A stretch of DNA of 64,000 bases. Source: Eremomyces bilateralis CBS 781.70 (Eukaryota). The stretch lies in NCBI GenBank assembly GCA_010015585.1, contig ML975156.1; one strand, given 5' to 3'. The notes under the pieces are model-generated. The model was not told the DNA's origin, made no database searches, and worked only from the letters and a program-made list of their open reading frames with translations. The first letter of the stretch is position 1, and the number at the start of each line of letters is the position of its first letter. The translations under genes were made by a program, and so were the position numbers. Shown piece after piece: positions 28,601 through 41,572 of this stretch.

Positions 28601-29489
28601 TGTAGTGAAAAACTGAAAATGTGGCGTTCCCACGCTGTGGCTTAAGTGATAGAAAGGAGCAAAATGGAGGGATGAGCCGATGAAGCGACCTTCCAGTCCC
28701 CATTGCGGTAGAAGCGGGAAAGTGTGGGTAAAGACTCTATGGGCGGGCGTGGGATGGAATCACCTAACCCCCGGCCTCTCGTGATGTGATTGGCGTTCGA
28801 GTCCCAGCACACCGACTTACATACTACGTAGAAGGGCCCGTACCCCTAATGTGGACCTGACAGGCATCCCCTGTCTAAATCCAATTGGCCAATAAGAGAC
28901 GGTTAATCCCTGCCAGTTATTCCAACGTACTGCATGCCTCTATCAAAACATGAGTCTTTGCGATATGAGATTCCCTGTTCCATGTTCAATGTAATGCAGA
29001 CGGGGGAGTTGGCGTTTTTCGCCTGATGGCCCGAAACTCCTGCTGGGTTTCAACCGTTCCATCCATGTGTGGTCGGGAGGGAGTTGGACTGGTTCCAGAC
29101 ATGCCTTGAATCTGACAATCGGTTCTGTTACGTGAGAGGATGTCTCGTCTGGAGCCTGGACCGCGAGATCAATTGTTAACGGTCCGCCGTAGGTAGGCGT
29201 GTGGCGGCCAACAGGCAAGTACCCTCTCGAATGCGGTCCGGGGAGCAGCTTTCATTCTCGATCTCCGAGTCAGTCCCTCCCTCCAGTACCGTCTTCATGG
29301 AAGCTGGGAATGGAGCTCCCTGCACATCTTGCAGACCTTCTCTCCCTTCTCCCCCGCCTTTAACTCTTAACTGTCTTTCTTCCTTCAAGGCATCAATTTT
29401 CTCTTCCTTCTTGTTGCGCTCACTCACTTGCGCATTCACTGTCAATTCTCCTAAAGCCCCCCCTCAGTTGCCTGGTGCAAGCTTTCATC

Positions 29490-31346
29490 ATGGAGTCTGA
29501 AAAGGAAGTCATTCCTGTGGTCACGGCCGTAGACTCGGAAGTCGTCGACAATCCAAACCTACCGACCGTGAAGAAGGGAACAAAGGATGACCAACGAGAC
29601 ATGTTCCGTATGGGTAAAGTCCAGGAGATGAGAGTATGTGCTGTCCAGCATGGTATTACCAGCATAATACTGACAAGGCGATCAGCGTAACTTCCAACTC
29701 ATCACCATATTCGGTTTCTCCATGATTCTCATGGCGACTTGGGAAGTCGCGCTCGGGTATGCATTTTCCAAGAATGATCGGCATTCTTCCACGCGGAAAC
29801 CTTGTGCTGACCGGATCATCCAGTGTCTCAACCTTGGGTCTTATGAATGGTGGGACAGCAGGTATGGTATGGATGTTCTTCATCGTCTGGTGGGGTTTCA
29901 TTGCCATCAACACCTCGATGGCTGAGATGGCCTCAATGTAGGTCATTATAGCTCCTAAGTCCGGATTGCAAACTCTAACAGACAATAGGGCACCAACCTC
30001 TGGTGGGCAATACCACTGGGTGTCGGAGTTCGCCCCTCGACAGCACCAGAAGTTCCTAAGTTATATGATTGGTGAGCAATACTTCCTTCAAATTATAGTA
30101 GCGATGGGTATTAACTATACCAAGGCTGGCTTTGCGTCCTCGCCTGGCAAGCATCATCGGCTGCCACGGCATTTATTGCAGGATCCCAAATCCAGGGTCT
30201 TGTGATCCTGAACTACCCTAACTACACTCCCGAGAACTGGCACGGAACGCTGATGGTTTTTGCCGTCTCTGCCTTCGCCGTCCTCTTCAACACAGTCCTC
30301 GCCAAGAAACTCCCGCTTATCGAGGGCACCATCCTCGTCATCCACATCCTCGGATTCTTCGCCATCCTTATCCCTCTTTGGGTCCTGGGTCCGCGTGGTG
30401 ACCCTAAGGTTGTCTTCTCCGACTTCCAGGCCTTCACTGGGTGGTCTCCCGCCGCTGGTACGCTCGTTGGGGTCCTTCCAGCCATCCTCCCATTGCTTGG
30501 CGCCGATGCCTGCGTGCACATGTCTGAGGAGCTTCGCGATGCGTCCGCCTCTCTGCCAAAGTCCATGATCTGGACAACCGTCTCCAACGGTGCCCTTGGT
30601 TTCATTATGCTCGCCACGTTCGCCATGACGCTCGGTGACATTGAAACAGTTATCAACTCGCCAACAAAAAACGCCTTCATTGAGGTCTTCTTCAACGTCA
30701 CCAAGAGCTACAAGGCCACCAACGCCATGTCTTCTCTCATAATCTTCATGCAGATCTTCTGCAATCTCTCCATCGTCGCGACCGCCTCTCGTCAGCTCTT
30801 CGCTTTCGCTCGTGACGGAGGTGTGCCGTTTGCCTCGTACTTCGCTTATGTAAGTACCTCCATATATTTCTGACTCTTCATTTCCACAAACCTGCTAACA
30901 CGCCATCCTAGATTCCCCAGGGCTGGGACATCCCTGTTAACTCGGTCATCCTCTCCTTCGTCAGCACCTGCCTCCTCTCGCTCATCAACCTGGGCAGTCC
31001 AGTCGCCTTCAACTCCATTTCCTCCATCTCCACCGGTGCTCTGCTCTCCTCCTACGCCGTATCCATCGGCCTGATCGCCTTCAAGCGCATCCGGGGCGAG
31101 CCTCTCCTCCCCAGCAAGTTCACCCTCGGCAAGTTCGGGCTGCCGCTCAACATTATCAGCATCCTATTCTTGCTATTCTTGTTCCTCATGAGCTTTTTCC
31201 CGAGCTTCCCGAGCCCGGATGCTGAGACTTTCAATTGGGGCGTTTTGGTCTATGTCGTCATCGTCCTATTTTCGCTCGTATATTATTACTGGAGGGGACG
31301 TCATGTGTATGTTGGTCCCGTAGAGTACGTTAGGAAGATAGAGTAG
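29490..31346 (+). CDS. APC-superfamily amino acid/choline/GABA permease (Hnm1/Uga4-like), 5 introns
   Basis: SMAEMASM|APTSGGQYHWVSEFAP, DACVHMSEE, ASRQLFAFARDGGVPF, C-terminal YVGPVEYVRK. Confidence 0.92.
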
Positions 31347-32336
31347 GAGGGGTTTTATAAAACGCCTGGGAGGAAAAGTCTGCATCTCCTTAGCGAGTTT
31401 ATAGATTCGCATCTGACCGCATTTCGGCATCCACTCATTTGGGAAATAGACGCTTCTGGTGGCGTCCTCCAGCAATTGACTCCGAGATCCTATGCCTATT
31501 TGAGATGTACATTTAGAAATCGCCAATGTATAGCAGCTCCTGGCTCTGTCAGTTGTGGCTTCATATCCTTTGTACCGGCGGCGAGATATCAATTGTAGAA
31601 CGACACATTCAACGTTGACTAGGTAGAGGATGTTTTTAGCCCACATCTCGATAGAACCACTCTAACGTAGTATGTCCGTTGTAGCAACTTTGCCACTCTC
31701 CAAACTTCATTGGTAGTATCGTAACACAGTCGAACAGATTGGGTCCTCGGGAAAAACGGACGCGTCGGGGGTCTTTCCAGTCCGCCGTACGGTATTGGAA
31801 GAGACAGACACCTTGTGGCCTCAGGCATAATACTATGTACATCCACCAGCCCTGGTCCACGCGACTATCTCAAGTCCACTGACAATGTAGATTAGTCAGC
31901 TAATTCCCCACATAGGCCGACCGATGTTGGCCCGAAAGGTGCAGGAATCAGTCAATCAATCAATGAAGTCCACGGATACAACATGACTTTGACGTCTGGT
32001 GCAGTGGAAGCATGTTGCAAGAAGTGGAGGGACTAGACAGCAGTAAATCGAATCGCCTAGATTTGGGCCATGTGACTGTGGAAAACAGATGCTCCAGGGT
32101 GAATAACGGACTCTGTTTATGCTACATCGCCATCCTTTGCAAATATGCCCCCAGCCGACGGTCCATATTCTGTGCGACTGGTGAATACGAATTGACCACT
32201 CGGTAGAGCCAGCCTCGCACCGTGAATTATGGTTTATTGATTTTCTCGATAACTTTCTCGTATTTGGCGTGTTTTCCGCAATTGTGTTCACTTTCAGCGA
32301 CCTGAGCCACTTTTGTCTGCCCTCTGAAGTTAGAGA

Positions 32337-35300
32337 ATGACCGTCATGGCTTTGGGTGATGTGTCGACGGCTGGGCAGGGCCAGATACGGACTCGCAGCT
32401 ATCAGATGGAGATGTTCGAACGAAGTATGAAGGGGAATGTCATAGTTGCAGTGAGTATTGTTGATGGTTAGTCGGGACACCGCTTACCGATTCAGATGGA
32501 TACGGGGAGCGGCAAGACGCACATGTTCGGCTTCATTAGCTTTAAACCAGCTTTCGATTAACATCCTAACATAAATAGAGCATTATTACGAATCATGGCA
32601 GAGCTGGAACGGTGTGGTCCAGATAAAGTAAGTTGATATGCTCTGGTCATTGGTTCCTGGCTGATCGGAAACATCAGCTACTTTGGTTCCTTGCACCAGG
32701 AGTCGCCCTCTGCAATCAGCAGTTTAAAACCATCTCCAGCCAACTCCCGTCCGTAAGGATGAGAGTTCTTGTTGGCTCAGATAACGTTGACCGATGGAGT
32801 GAACAACGTATTTGGGACGCTGCGTTGCAAGGGGTACGAGTCGTCTTCTCGACTCATGCCGTCCTCGCAGATGCTTTGAGCCATGGATTTATAAAGATGG
32901 CACAGTTGGCTCTGCTCGTATTCGATGAAGGTACATTCAAGTTCGTATAGAGAGCTGACATCATGCTCACGATCCATAGCCCATCATTGCACGAAGCAGC
33001 ATCCAGCAAACAAGATCATGAGAGACTTCTACCATCCAGCGAAGGCTTCGAAGGCCTCCAATTCTGTTCCACATATCCTTGGACTGTCTGCAAGCCCCGT
33101 GGCGAAATCAAATATCAACGACCTTGGAACAATAGAGGCGAATCTCGATGCTGTTAGTGTTACTCCTCGCATCAACCGTCAAGAGTTGCTCAAGCATGTC
33201 CATCAGCCAAAGGCCATAAAGCTGGAATACGAACATGCTTTACGGAAACTTTGTGCCTTACAGAGCCCTGCGTATTGCGCCCTCATGAAGTTGTGTGATG
33301 TATTTTCCCCTCTTGATGAGCTCGGAAAGCAGCTAGAAACATTCTCTCGGAAAGCAACGCATATATATGATGAGCTCGGGCCGTGGGGAGCTGAATACTT
33401 CATTCTAGAGTCAGTCGCAGTATTGAAGAAAGGAGGCGAGATGGATAGTTTTGGATACGCTTTCAGTTCTGGAGGTCAGGACCTCAGAGCGCATCTTCTG
33501 GCCAAGCTCGCTCCGATCGTCCACTCTAGCAAACCAGAAGACGCGACGAAGATGGATGACCTGCCCATCTCGCCAAAGGTTGAGCTTCTCATCTCGTTCC
33601 TTGCCAAGCAAGATCCCGAAGTGTGTGCCGGTCTGATCTTCGTGGAGCAGCGCGCTGTAGTTTACGTCTTGTCCCGACTCTTATCTATTCATCCACAGAC
33701 AAGATCACGCTTCCGATGCGCTACGTTCGTTGGCGAATCTAGCTGGGGCAAGCGTAAACTCAAGTTGAATGAACTCGTTGATATCAAGGCGCAAAAGGAG
33801 ACGCTATTAGAGTTTCGGACAGGAGTGAAAAATTTGGTCGTCGCTACGAAAGCGATGGAGGAAGGCATTGATATCAGTGCATGTAACTTGGTGGTTGGCT
33901 TTGATCCCCCCAAAACCCTGAAATCATTCATTCAGTGTCGAGGAAGAGCAAGGCATGAGGAGTCAAGCTACATAATCATGCTTGCTAAGGGCGATTCACG
34001 AGCTAAAGCGGATAAATGGGAGGCTCTCGAGGAAGAGCTCATTCGAATCTACCAGAATGAAGCCAGAATGCAGCAAGAGCTCGCTGCTATCGAGGAGATT
34101 GATGAGAAAATAGATTACAAGCTCAAAGCCCCGTCAACTGGGTGAGTTTTCAACCGTATTCAACTGCTAAAAGCTAATTCCTCGGCAGTGCGATGCTCAC
34201 AGCCAATTCAATGATTGCGCATGTCCATCATTTCTGCAACCTACTTCCTAAAGAACCATATGTGGACTACAAGCCCGAGTTCACCTTCCATGAGGACACC
34301 TCGCACCTCATCACAGCTACTCTAACGCTTCCCAACGGCGTCAACGCCGCAGTGCGTACAACAGTGGGGAAGAAAGCATGGCGTACCGAGCGTGCGGCGA
34401 TGAAAGATGCTGCGTTCCACGCATATGAAAAGCTCTACAAAGCAGATCTCTTGAACGAAAATCTTCTGCCTCTCCCGCACGGGTGGCATCTAACTCAACA
34501 TGATCAGGAAGAGCAAGATCGTCCTGCAGTGTTGGACGTTTCTCCACAGCTGGATCCGTGGATTGACCTCGCAGAGGCGTGGCAATCCCCCGATTTCCAT
34601 GAGGCGCGAATCTCGATCCTGGACCAGACCTCGAACCAGGAGTTGCGAATGGTATTGATAACTCCATCTGCGATTCCAGAGATACCAAGATTTGACCTAT
34701 ACTGGAATCCCCAATCTACACTTACTGCTGGCATCGCTAGTAAGGGTCGGATAGGCCGACTAGAGAAAGATCCAAGGCAACTACTTTCATTCAGGGAGGC
34801 TACGAATGCTTGTCATGCTGCTGCTAGGCGAAGCGACGTATCACACGAATACTCGGACTACATCGCGCTCTTTGCTCCAGATATGACGCAGACACAGCTC
34901 AGCACGTGGCTACCTCTATGCCGGGGGTCTAGAAACGCAATTGACGTTTATAGAACCGGCGCCGGTAACCCTGACGGGATTGTTACAGTTGCTGCGAAAG
35001 GATATGCGAGGTATATCCCCATCCGATGGATTGTTTCCTCTGCCAGTGCCTCTGAAAGTGGACCATCGGAAGAATCGATCGAGATTGATTGCCGGAGGCT
35101 CCCCAAACGCCAAAACTTTTTGTTGCCCGAGCATAACTGGAAAAGCCAGGCTATAAATCCAGGCCTGCAGGAGCGGAAAATCCGGATGTTCTCTGCTCAC
35201 GAATGCACCATGGACACAATTCCCTTCGTTTACGCCCAATTCGGACTTTTCATACCTGCAATTCTGCAACATATTGAAGTGTACTCTGTGGCAGAGCGCG

Positions 35301-36721
35301 TTCGCACAACCGTGCTAAAATCAATTCCTTTCCAGGGCCTAGAGCACATTGTTGCTGCAATCACCGCCCCTTCGAAGCGATGGACCTCGAACTATCAGCG
35401 CCTTGAATTTATTGGAGATACGGTGCTCAAATACACTGTCTCTATCCAGCTATACACGGATCATCCTACGTGGCCAGAAGGATATCTCTCGTCGAAACGA
35501 GACTCGCTAGTCTCAAATTCGAGACTTCTGAAGGCAGCGAAGGCCAAAGGATTGGAGAGATTCATTATGACCGAGCAGTTCAAAGGCGGGAAGTTCTCTC
35601 CACTCCGTGTTTCGGAAGCACTCGATCCTATGAAGGCAAAGGAGGGCAGGACAGTGTCCACGAAAGTCATCGCGGACGTTGTAGAGGCACTTATTGGCGC
35701 TGCATATGTCGAATTTCAGCATGATGAGGCACGAAAATGTATCAACCTTTTCTTACCGGAAATCCGCGCGAAGGCCCCGATCCTGAAAAGACCAGGCGTT
35801 CCAGTTTCACCCGGATCTCATAGCCATCTCAACGAAATTGAAGCTCTCATCGGCTATTCATTCCTCGACAGGTCAATTTTACTTGAAGCTGTTACTCATC
35901 CAGCGGGCAGCACGGATGCTCACACCGAGTCGTATCAGCGGCTGGAGTACCTTGGTGACGCGGTATTGGATATGGTCGTAGTCTCTATCCTCGAAACGCA
36001 CGAACCAGATCTTTCGGAATCCGAAATGACACTCTGCAAGCACGCACTTGTGAATGGCGACTTCTTAGGGTTTCTTTGTTTAGAAACTACCTTGGAACGT
36101 GACAAGATCGATATTATCGAGCACACGCGTGGCAACTTCATGGAGAATCGGAGCACAGATCGAATTCAGCTTTGCATGTACATGCGACATCGTTCAAAAC
36201 AAGTCTGGGAGGCACAGGCTGCCTGCTCTGACAGGCACCTCCATCTTCGAAAGGAGATCAAGCGAGCTTTGGAGTCGGGTTCTTCATTTCCGTGGGTGCT
36301 GCTGGAAAGGTTAAGGCCAGACAAGTTCTTCTCCGATATCATTGAGAGCATCATTGGTGCCATATTTGTCGACTCCTCTGGAGACCTTGGCCTTGTTCGG
36401 CAGTTCGTCGAGAAGATCGGGCTGATGAATTACACGAACCGACTCATGAAGGAGAAAGTGGATGTTCTTCATCCCAAAACCGCTCTACATCTTATGCGGC
36501 CAAACGCAACGATTGACTTGGAAGTCAAACCGGACGAAGGGGAGACGTTGTTTTGCGAAGTCAGTGTTGGTGGCGCGAGGGTGTGTACGGTTAGGAATTG
36601 TTTGAATAAAGATGAAGCAAAAGCTGCTGGGGCTGAGCAAGCCTGCAAAATCCTGGCATCAGAGTCTATGGAAGGGATTCAGATGGCGAATGATGATGAT
36701 GCCATCGCGGGGGCAGAATGA
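32337..36721 (+). CDS. DCL2: Dicer-like protein 2 (DExD/H helicase, Dicer dimerisation domain, two RNase III domains, dsRBD)
   Basis: RSYQMEMF...[82 protein letters not shown]. No obvious PAZ domain, as usual for fungal DCL2. Confidence 0.95.
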
Positions 36722-36899
36722 GTGGTGCAGATACGTGGGTTAGTTGGACACCAAATTTGCAGATAACCATTCGAGAGGAATACAGTACAACGTTGCGTCT
36801 CCTGCAATGCGTGGCTTTACTGCTCCCACAGCAATCCGTTCATAAATTGAAGCACTTCAATTGATCTAAGACTCCTCTATAGACGAATGCGATATGTCG

Positions 36900-38440
36900 C
36901 TTAGTCCGACCACCACCTATTCAATTTCATCAAGAAGTCGGAGTCGACATCGATGAAGCTCTGCCACAAATCAACCTTCTGTTCAATCTCCACGGCCTTG
37001 ACTGAATGGCGACCACCGCTCTCTCCATGAACTTCCTGCAACTCTTCTCATCCTCGGCCAGGACCAAATCAATATTCCGCGTCCTGCTCCAAGTAAGGAT
37101 CAAGATCGCAGCGCAATTTTTAGCCAGAGCATGATCTCTGCTTGTGCGACTTAATACACTTCACTGATAGCAAGAGCGTCCGTGGCACCACGAATGAGTC
37201 GTAGCATCCACTTCCACCGGTCTTGCGCCCCTTCCTCGAGGTCGGCTTGATGCCAACAATACTTGAATACTAAGGATGTGTTCTTAGGTGCTTAAATTAG
37301 TTGGTTGGGGAGGGAACAAACACTTCAGCCTTCGGATGTCCATCCAATCCATAAAGTCTTTCTGCATTTCAGCTTGTGTAGAAGGCAAATCCGGGGGGTC
37401 ATTAAATGCCCCAACCTTTTTCATCAGAGGGTGATGACTTTCGAAACGTGTTCCTTCTCTCGTGCATTGTCAAGGTCTAGGGGCTTGCCTTCCCATGGAG
37501 CCCCTTTTATCAAAGCCTTATGCAAATGGCCGATATCCATGGCCGATATCCATGGCCATCACCTTCGAGCGCATCATGGATCCCAAACATTTCTCGTCGT
37601 CTCATGCATCCTCTCGCATCCGCTCCCAATCGTTTCATTCTGTCTTCTTCATCGGTCTCCCACTCCGACTCTTCCACGTCATCTGCGAGCAAGATGTCCT
37701 CGTAATCCTCGTCCATGTCAGCCTCCATAAACTGTTCCATCGGCATTCTACCGGTCTCGAGCTTGGTAAGCGCGTTTTGGACCCGGATAAATATTTTCGA
37801 ATTTATCCCACCCTCTGCCTCGTCTGGAAAGAGGATTTGGTCTTCTTTCGCATCTGCCGCGTTATACAATCGACGTTTCTTGACCAGTTCTGCCGCTTCG
37901 GGGTGAGGGTCGAAAAGCTTGGGATTGGTGCGCATTTGCCATGTGATGACCGGCTGCCTCTCCAGATCTGGGAAGTCGTCGTCGGGACGTTTGTCCCTAA
38001 CCCGGTGGGTGTTCGGATCCATTACCAATGATCTGAAAGAGGGACAAGAGTTTGTTTCTGAACATCGTCCATATCTTTGCAGCGGTATGCTTTGACCATG
38101 ATGTTTTACCATATCAGCATTTGTTTAGTAGCAGTTTGGAAGAGTAGAGGAGGGTTGCCTCTAGCATCACCGATATCAGCTTCATGATGTTGTCGCCTGA
38201 TGCAAGGTCCCAGAGATAGACATCGTAATGGTCGTTGAACCCCAATTCCCCCGGTCTGTACTCGTCCATCTCCTCAAAGAAGTCAAACCCCACGCTCTTC
38301 TTTTTTTCCATGTAGCTTTGGCCATCTGACCTGGGTCGGAAGCGGTTCGCATGAGCCACAACTGATCATCCAGCGGAACGATTAGGATCTTTCCCGTCTT
38401 TGCGTCCTGCACCAATAGGCAAGCGGCAAATGTCTCCACC
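36900..38440 (-). pseudogene. Frameshifted remnant of an uncharacterised fungal protein
   Basis: Protein-like fragments in shifting frames (LLVQDAKTGKILIVPLDDQLWLMR; FFEEMDEYR..FNDHYDVYLWD; DPNTHRVRD..LFDPHPEA). A 13-nt tandem duplication ATGGCCGATATCC lies at 37526-37551. Boundaries are approximate. Confidence 0.45.
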
Positions 38441-38879
38441 GATAGATACTGGAGGATGTGCCGACTGGAAGGGTTGTCGCGGGGAATATGTCTGCGGATG
38501 ATATTTCGGATTTCAATCCCTTGATTCTCTATTGGTCCTCCCCTCTTCCCGCCACTCTCTATGTTTGGTCAGGGCACTGGCGGGATTCAGTTCAAATTAA
38601 ACAGCAAATCCCTGGACCGAGTTAGCGGATCGCCTTCCTAGAATTGTCAGAAGCGGTAATACATACAAAAGGAAGTAGAAATTCCGGTAGCCCGGATGTG
38701 AACCACTTTGTGACCCGCCTAGATGATAGGAAGTACTCCAGCATAGACAGCACTCCAGCATAGACACCATGATGACCTCGTGAAACTCGTCCCAACTGCG
38801 GTAGAGCTTGATCACTTCTCCCGATCCGCATTCCTGTTTCCTAGTCTTTGATAAACTCTCGGTAGAAGTTCGCGAAACC

Positions 38880-40100
38880 AAGGAATCCGCGTAGGCCTCG
38901 GAGAGTCTTTGGAGCTTCCCAATTCAAGATCGCCGTGACTTTCTCTGGATCCATAGAGATTCCCTTTCCGGCTTTAACAATGAAACCCATGTACTTGACT
39001 CGTTGGGTGTAGGACTCGCACTTCGTGATATACTGATGTCGACTTGTAGACCTACAGTCCTCAGGCGCTCTAAGACTACGCGGACTTGCTTCTTGTATTC
39101 TGCCAAGGAACCGTCCGTGCAGATCAGAATGTCGTCGATGTACACGGATACAAACCAGTCTAAAAACTCGCGTAACGTGTAATTGACGAAGCGTTGGAAA
39201 GTGCTCAGCGCTCCGGCTAGTCCAAAAGGCGTCACTAGGAACTTATAGAGTTTATAACGGGTTCAAAAGCTGTTTTCCACTCGTCTCCTTCGGCCACTCT
39301 GATCTTGTTAAAAGCTGCGATGATATCTAGTTTCGTAAACCATTTTGCTTCGCTTACTTAGCTCAGGGTTTCCTTAATCGGAGGCAACGGATAACGATCC
39401 TTCCTCGTCCTCTCGTTGAGACCTCGATAATCGAGGCAACTCGGAAGCCACCCCCTGGCTTCTTGACGAATAAGACAGGAGCCGCTACCAGAGAATGGCT
39501 GACTCGAATAAAACCTTTCTCGAGGAGCTCGGTCAAGGTTTTCCTTAGGACAAGTAACATTTCTCTCGACATAGAATAGAGCGGTCCCTATGGCGCTTCT
39601 ACCTCTTTCCTATCTTAGTCCTTGAGTAGTTCGATCCGGTGGTTAACCCTAGGTCGGTAAGGGGGAAGTTTGTCTGCTTTTATTCGATCAAACACGTCTT
39701 TAAGGTCTATAAGATCCGGGGGAAGGTAATCTTCAATCTTGACTTCTTTCTTCCCTCGTAGGGCTTTCTTAATATCAGCCATTAACACTGCGAATACTCG
39801 AGTCGGTTCTCTCCTATACTTCTTTACGGCGTGCGCGAAGGACACTGATAAAATTTGCCTAATCCCTTTCGCGAAATCTCTAAGTTCGGGGGTATCTAGC
39901 TGCTTAACTAAAACCCTAGTTCGTTCGATGTATAAGGTTCATATTTCTGCGTTAGTATAGGCCGTTTATTCTTTAGCTATAGGGTGCCTAAGATTATCTG
40001 GTATTCTCCTACGATCTTGGGGATAATATAGAGGAAGATCTTCCTAGATAGCGTTCGTACTGATTAAGACCCTCTAACATCTAACGAATCTAGTATAGCA
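38880..40100 (-). mobile_element. Degenerate Ty3/Gypsy retrotransposon pol fragment (pre-RT linker and reverse transcriptase)
   Basis: [72 protein letters not shown]; many stops and frameshifts. Confidence 0.92.
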
Positions 40101-40107
40101 TACTCCG

Positions 40108-40299
40108 TGTCATGGGCCCAAACCACGAAGGATTTGGTAAGCTGGTAACGCTGTTGAATTGCTAAAGAGAAAAGGAAAAGATCTCTCTCACTGTGATCTG
40201 CTATTTATTACATCTGTGAGCAAACGGTCTGTCGCATTTCGCGGGGAGGATGATTAAGCACGATCGCTGCTTAAGCTCAGTTACTGTAGAGTCATAACG
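40108..40299 (-). mobile_element. Probable LTR adjacent to the Gypsy fragment
   Basis: About 190 bp with inverted-like ends TGTCATGG...TCATAACG. The minus strand has AATAAATAG followed by a pyrimidine tract. No TSD was found. Confidence 0.5.
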
Positions 40300-40792
40300 C
40301 AAATTGGTATTAACGATTCCCATTTCCTTTAGAAAGGAGATCTAGCTAGTAAGCCAGATGAAGGTAACAAATACATAGGAGAAGACTGAAGAGTCCTGAT
40401 TAGGCCTAGCCCAGGGGTAGGGGGGAGTGAAAGGAATGTTAAGTGGCAGTAGAAACCGACAGGGACATCTTGCGACACGGTCTACTTACATGTGTCTCTT
40501 ATGCCTTAGGCCGCAAGGCCACAACACACAGACTGACAGTTGAAGCGCTAAAGACACTCTCATGCAGGGTTGTAGCCAACCTTTGCCGATGGCCAATCGG
40601 AATAATGACTGAAAGGGCTCTACACAAGGATATCGAAGATCTCACCGCCCTACGGAGTACAAGAAGCCAACTCCTTCAAGGTGACCATGCCACTTGTACC
40701 ACCTTGATAACATTCAATCTCGTTTTCGAGCAAATTACAGGCATATTGTTGCACTCTCACTCCTTTTCCATTGAAGTCCTCTTTTCCAAACC

Positions 40793-41572
40793 ATGGATAT
40801 CCAATTAATGCCTGCTTCCATCGCCTCTGTGCGCGAAATGTGCGATTGTGGACGCCGCGCTTTTGCGGATGACGGGCTGCAGAATGCCATTTTCCCTCCT
40901 CATCTTCAAGATCCGGCAGACAAGAATGATAAGAACGAGTACTTGGAGCAGCGGATGAGAAAGCGCCTACAATCACCAAACTGGCAGTACGTGCTTGCCA
41001 CAACTGTATCAAGTGAGGGCCATGCGCAGCTCGTTGGATTTGCTGGATGGGTTGTGCCCGTGCATGAGAACGAGTCGGAGCAAGAAAAAGCCAACAACCT
41101 CACCGGATTTGATGCCAAGCAGCGATCCCATGCAGGTGATGCTGAAGTCTATCCTAGAGGCATGGATATAGTCGCCTTCAAGCACGCGGCGGACGTGATA
41201 GAGAAGGCGAAGAAAGAGATCCTAGGAGAAGCTGAACAGCATAGAGTATGGTGTAAGTTACAATTACCCACGCTTACCGGAAAGCTTCTATTCGTGGGTG
41301 GTGGATTTGTATTAACTTGAAAAGCTCTCATGTCTTTAGCCGTGGACCCAGCGTTCAAGGGGAGAGGTATAGCGTCGAAGCTGGTGAAATGGGGAACGGA
41401 CAGAGCGGACGGTGATGGACTGCCAGCCTACCTGGAGTCCACGCCGGCGGCAGTTGGCGTATATGAGAGACTTGGTTTCAAAGTGCAGAGGAGATTGAGC
41501 GTAATCAGAAACGACCAAAGCCATTTCTTCAGTGTTATGATGAGGGTTCCAGGTAGTAGTGTTGAGACGTAA
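40793..41572 (+). CDS. GNAT-family N-acetyltransferase (1 intron near 41253-41324)
   Basis: LVGFAGW, LAVDPAFKGRGIASKLVKWG, YLESTPAAVGVYERLGF. Confidence 0.9.

Noticed and set aside
32337..41572. DCL2, the Gypsy relic and a GNAT as a dedicated defence island
   Set aside because: No Argonaute or RdRP is nearby, DCL2 is canonical, and adjacency alone is not evidence.
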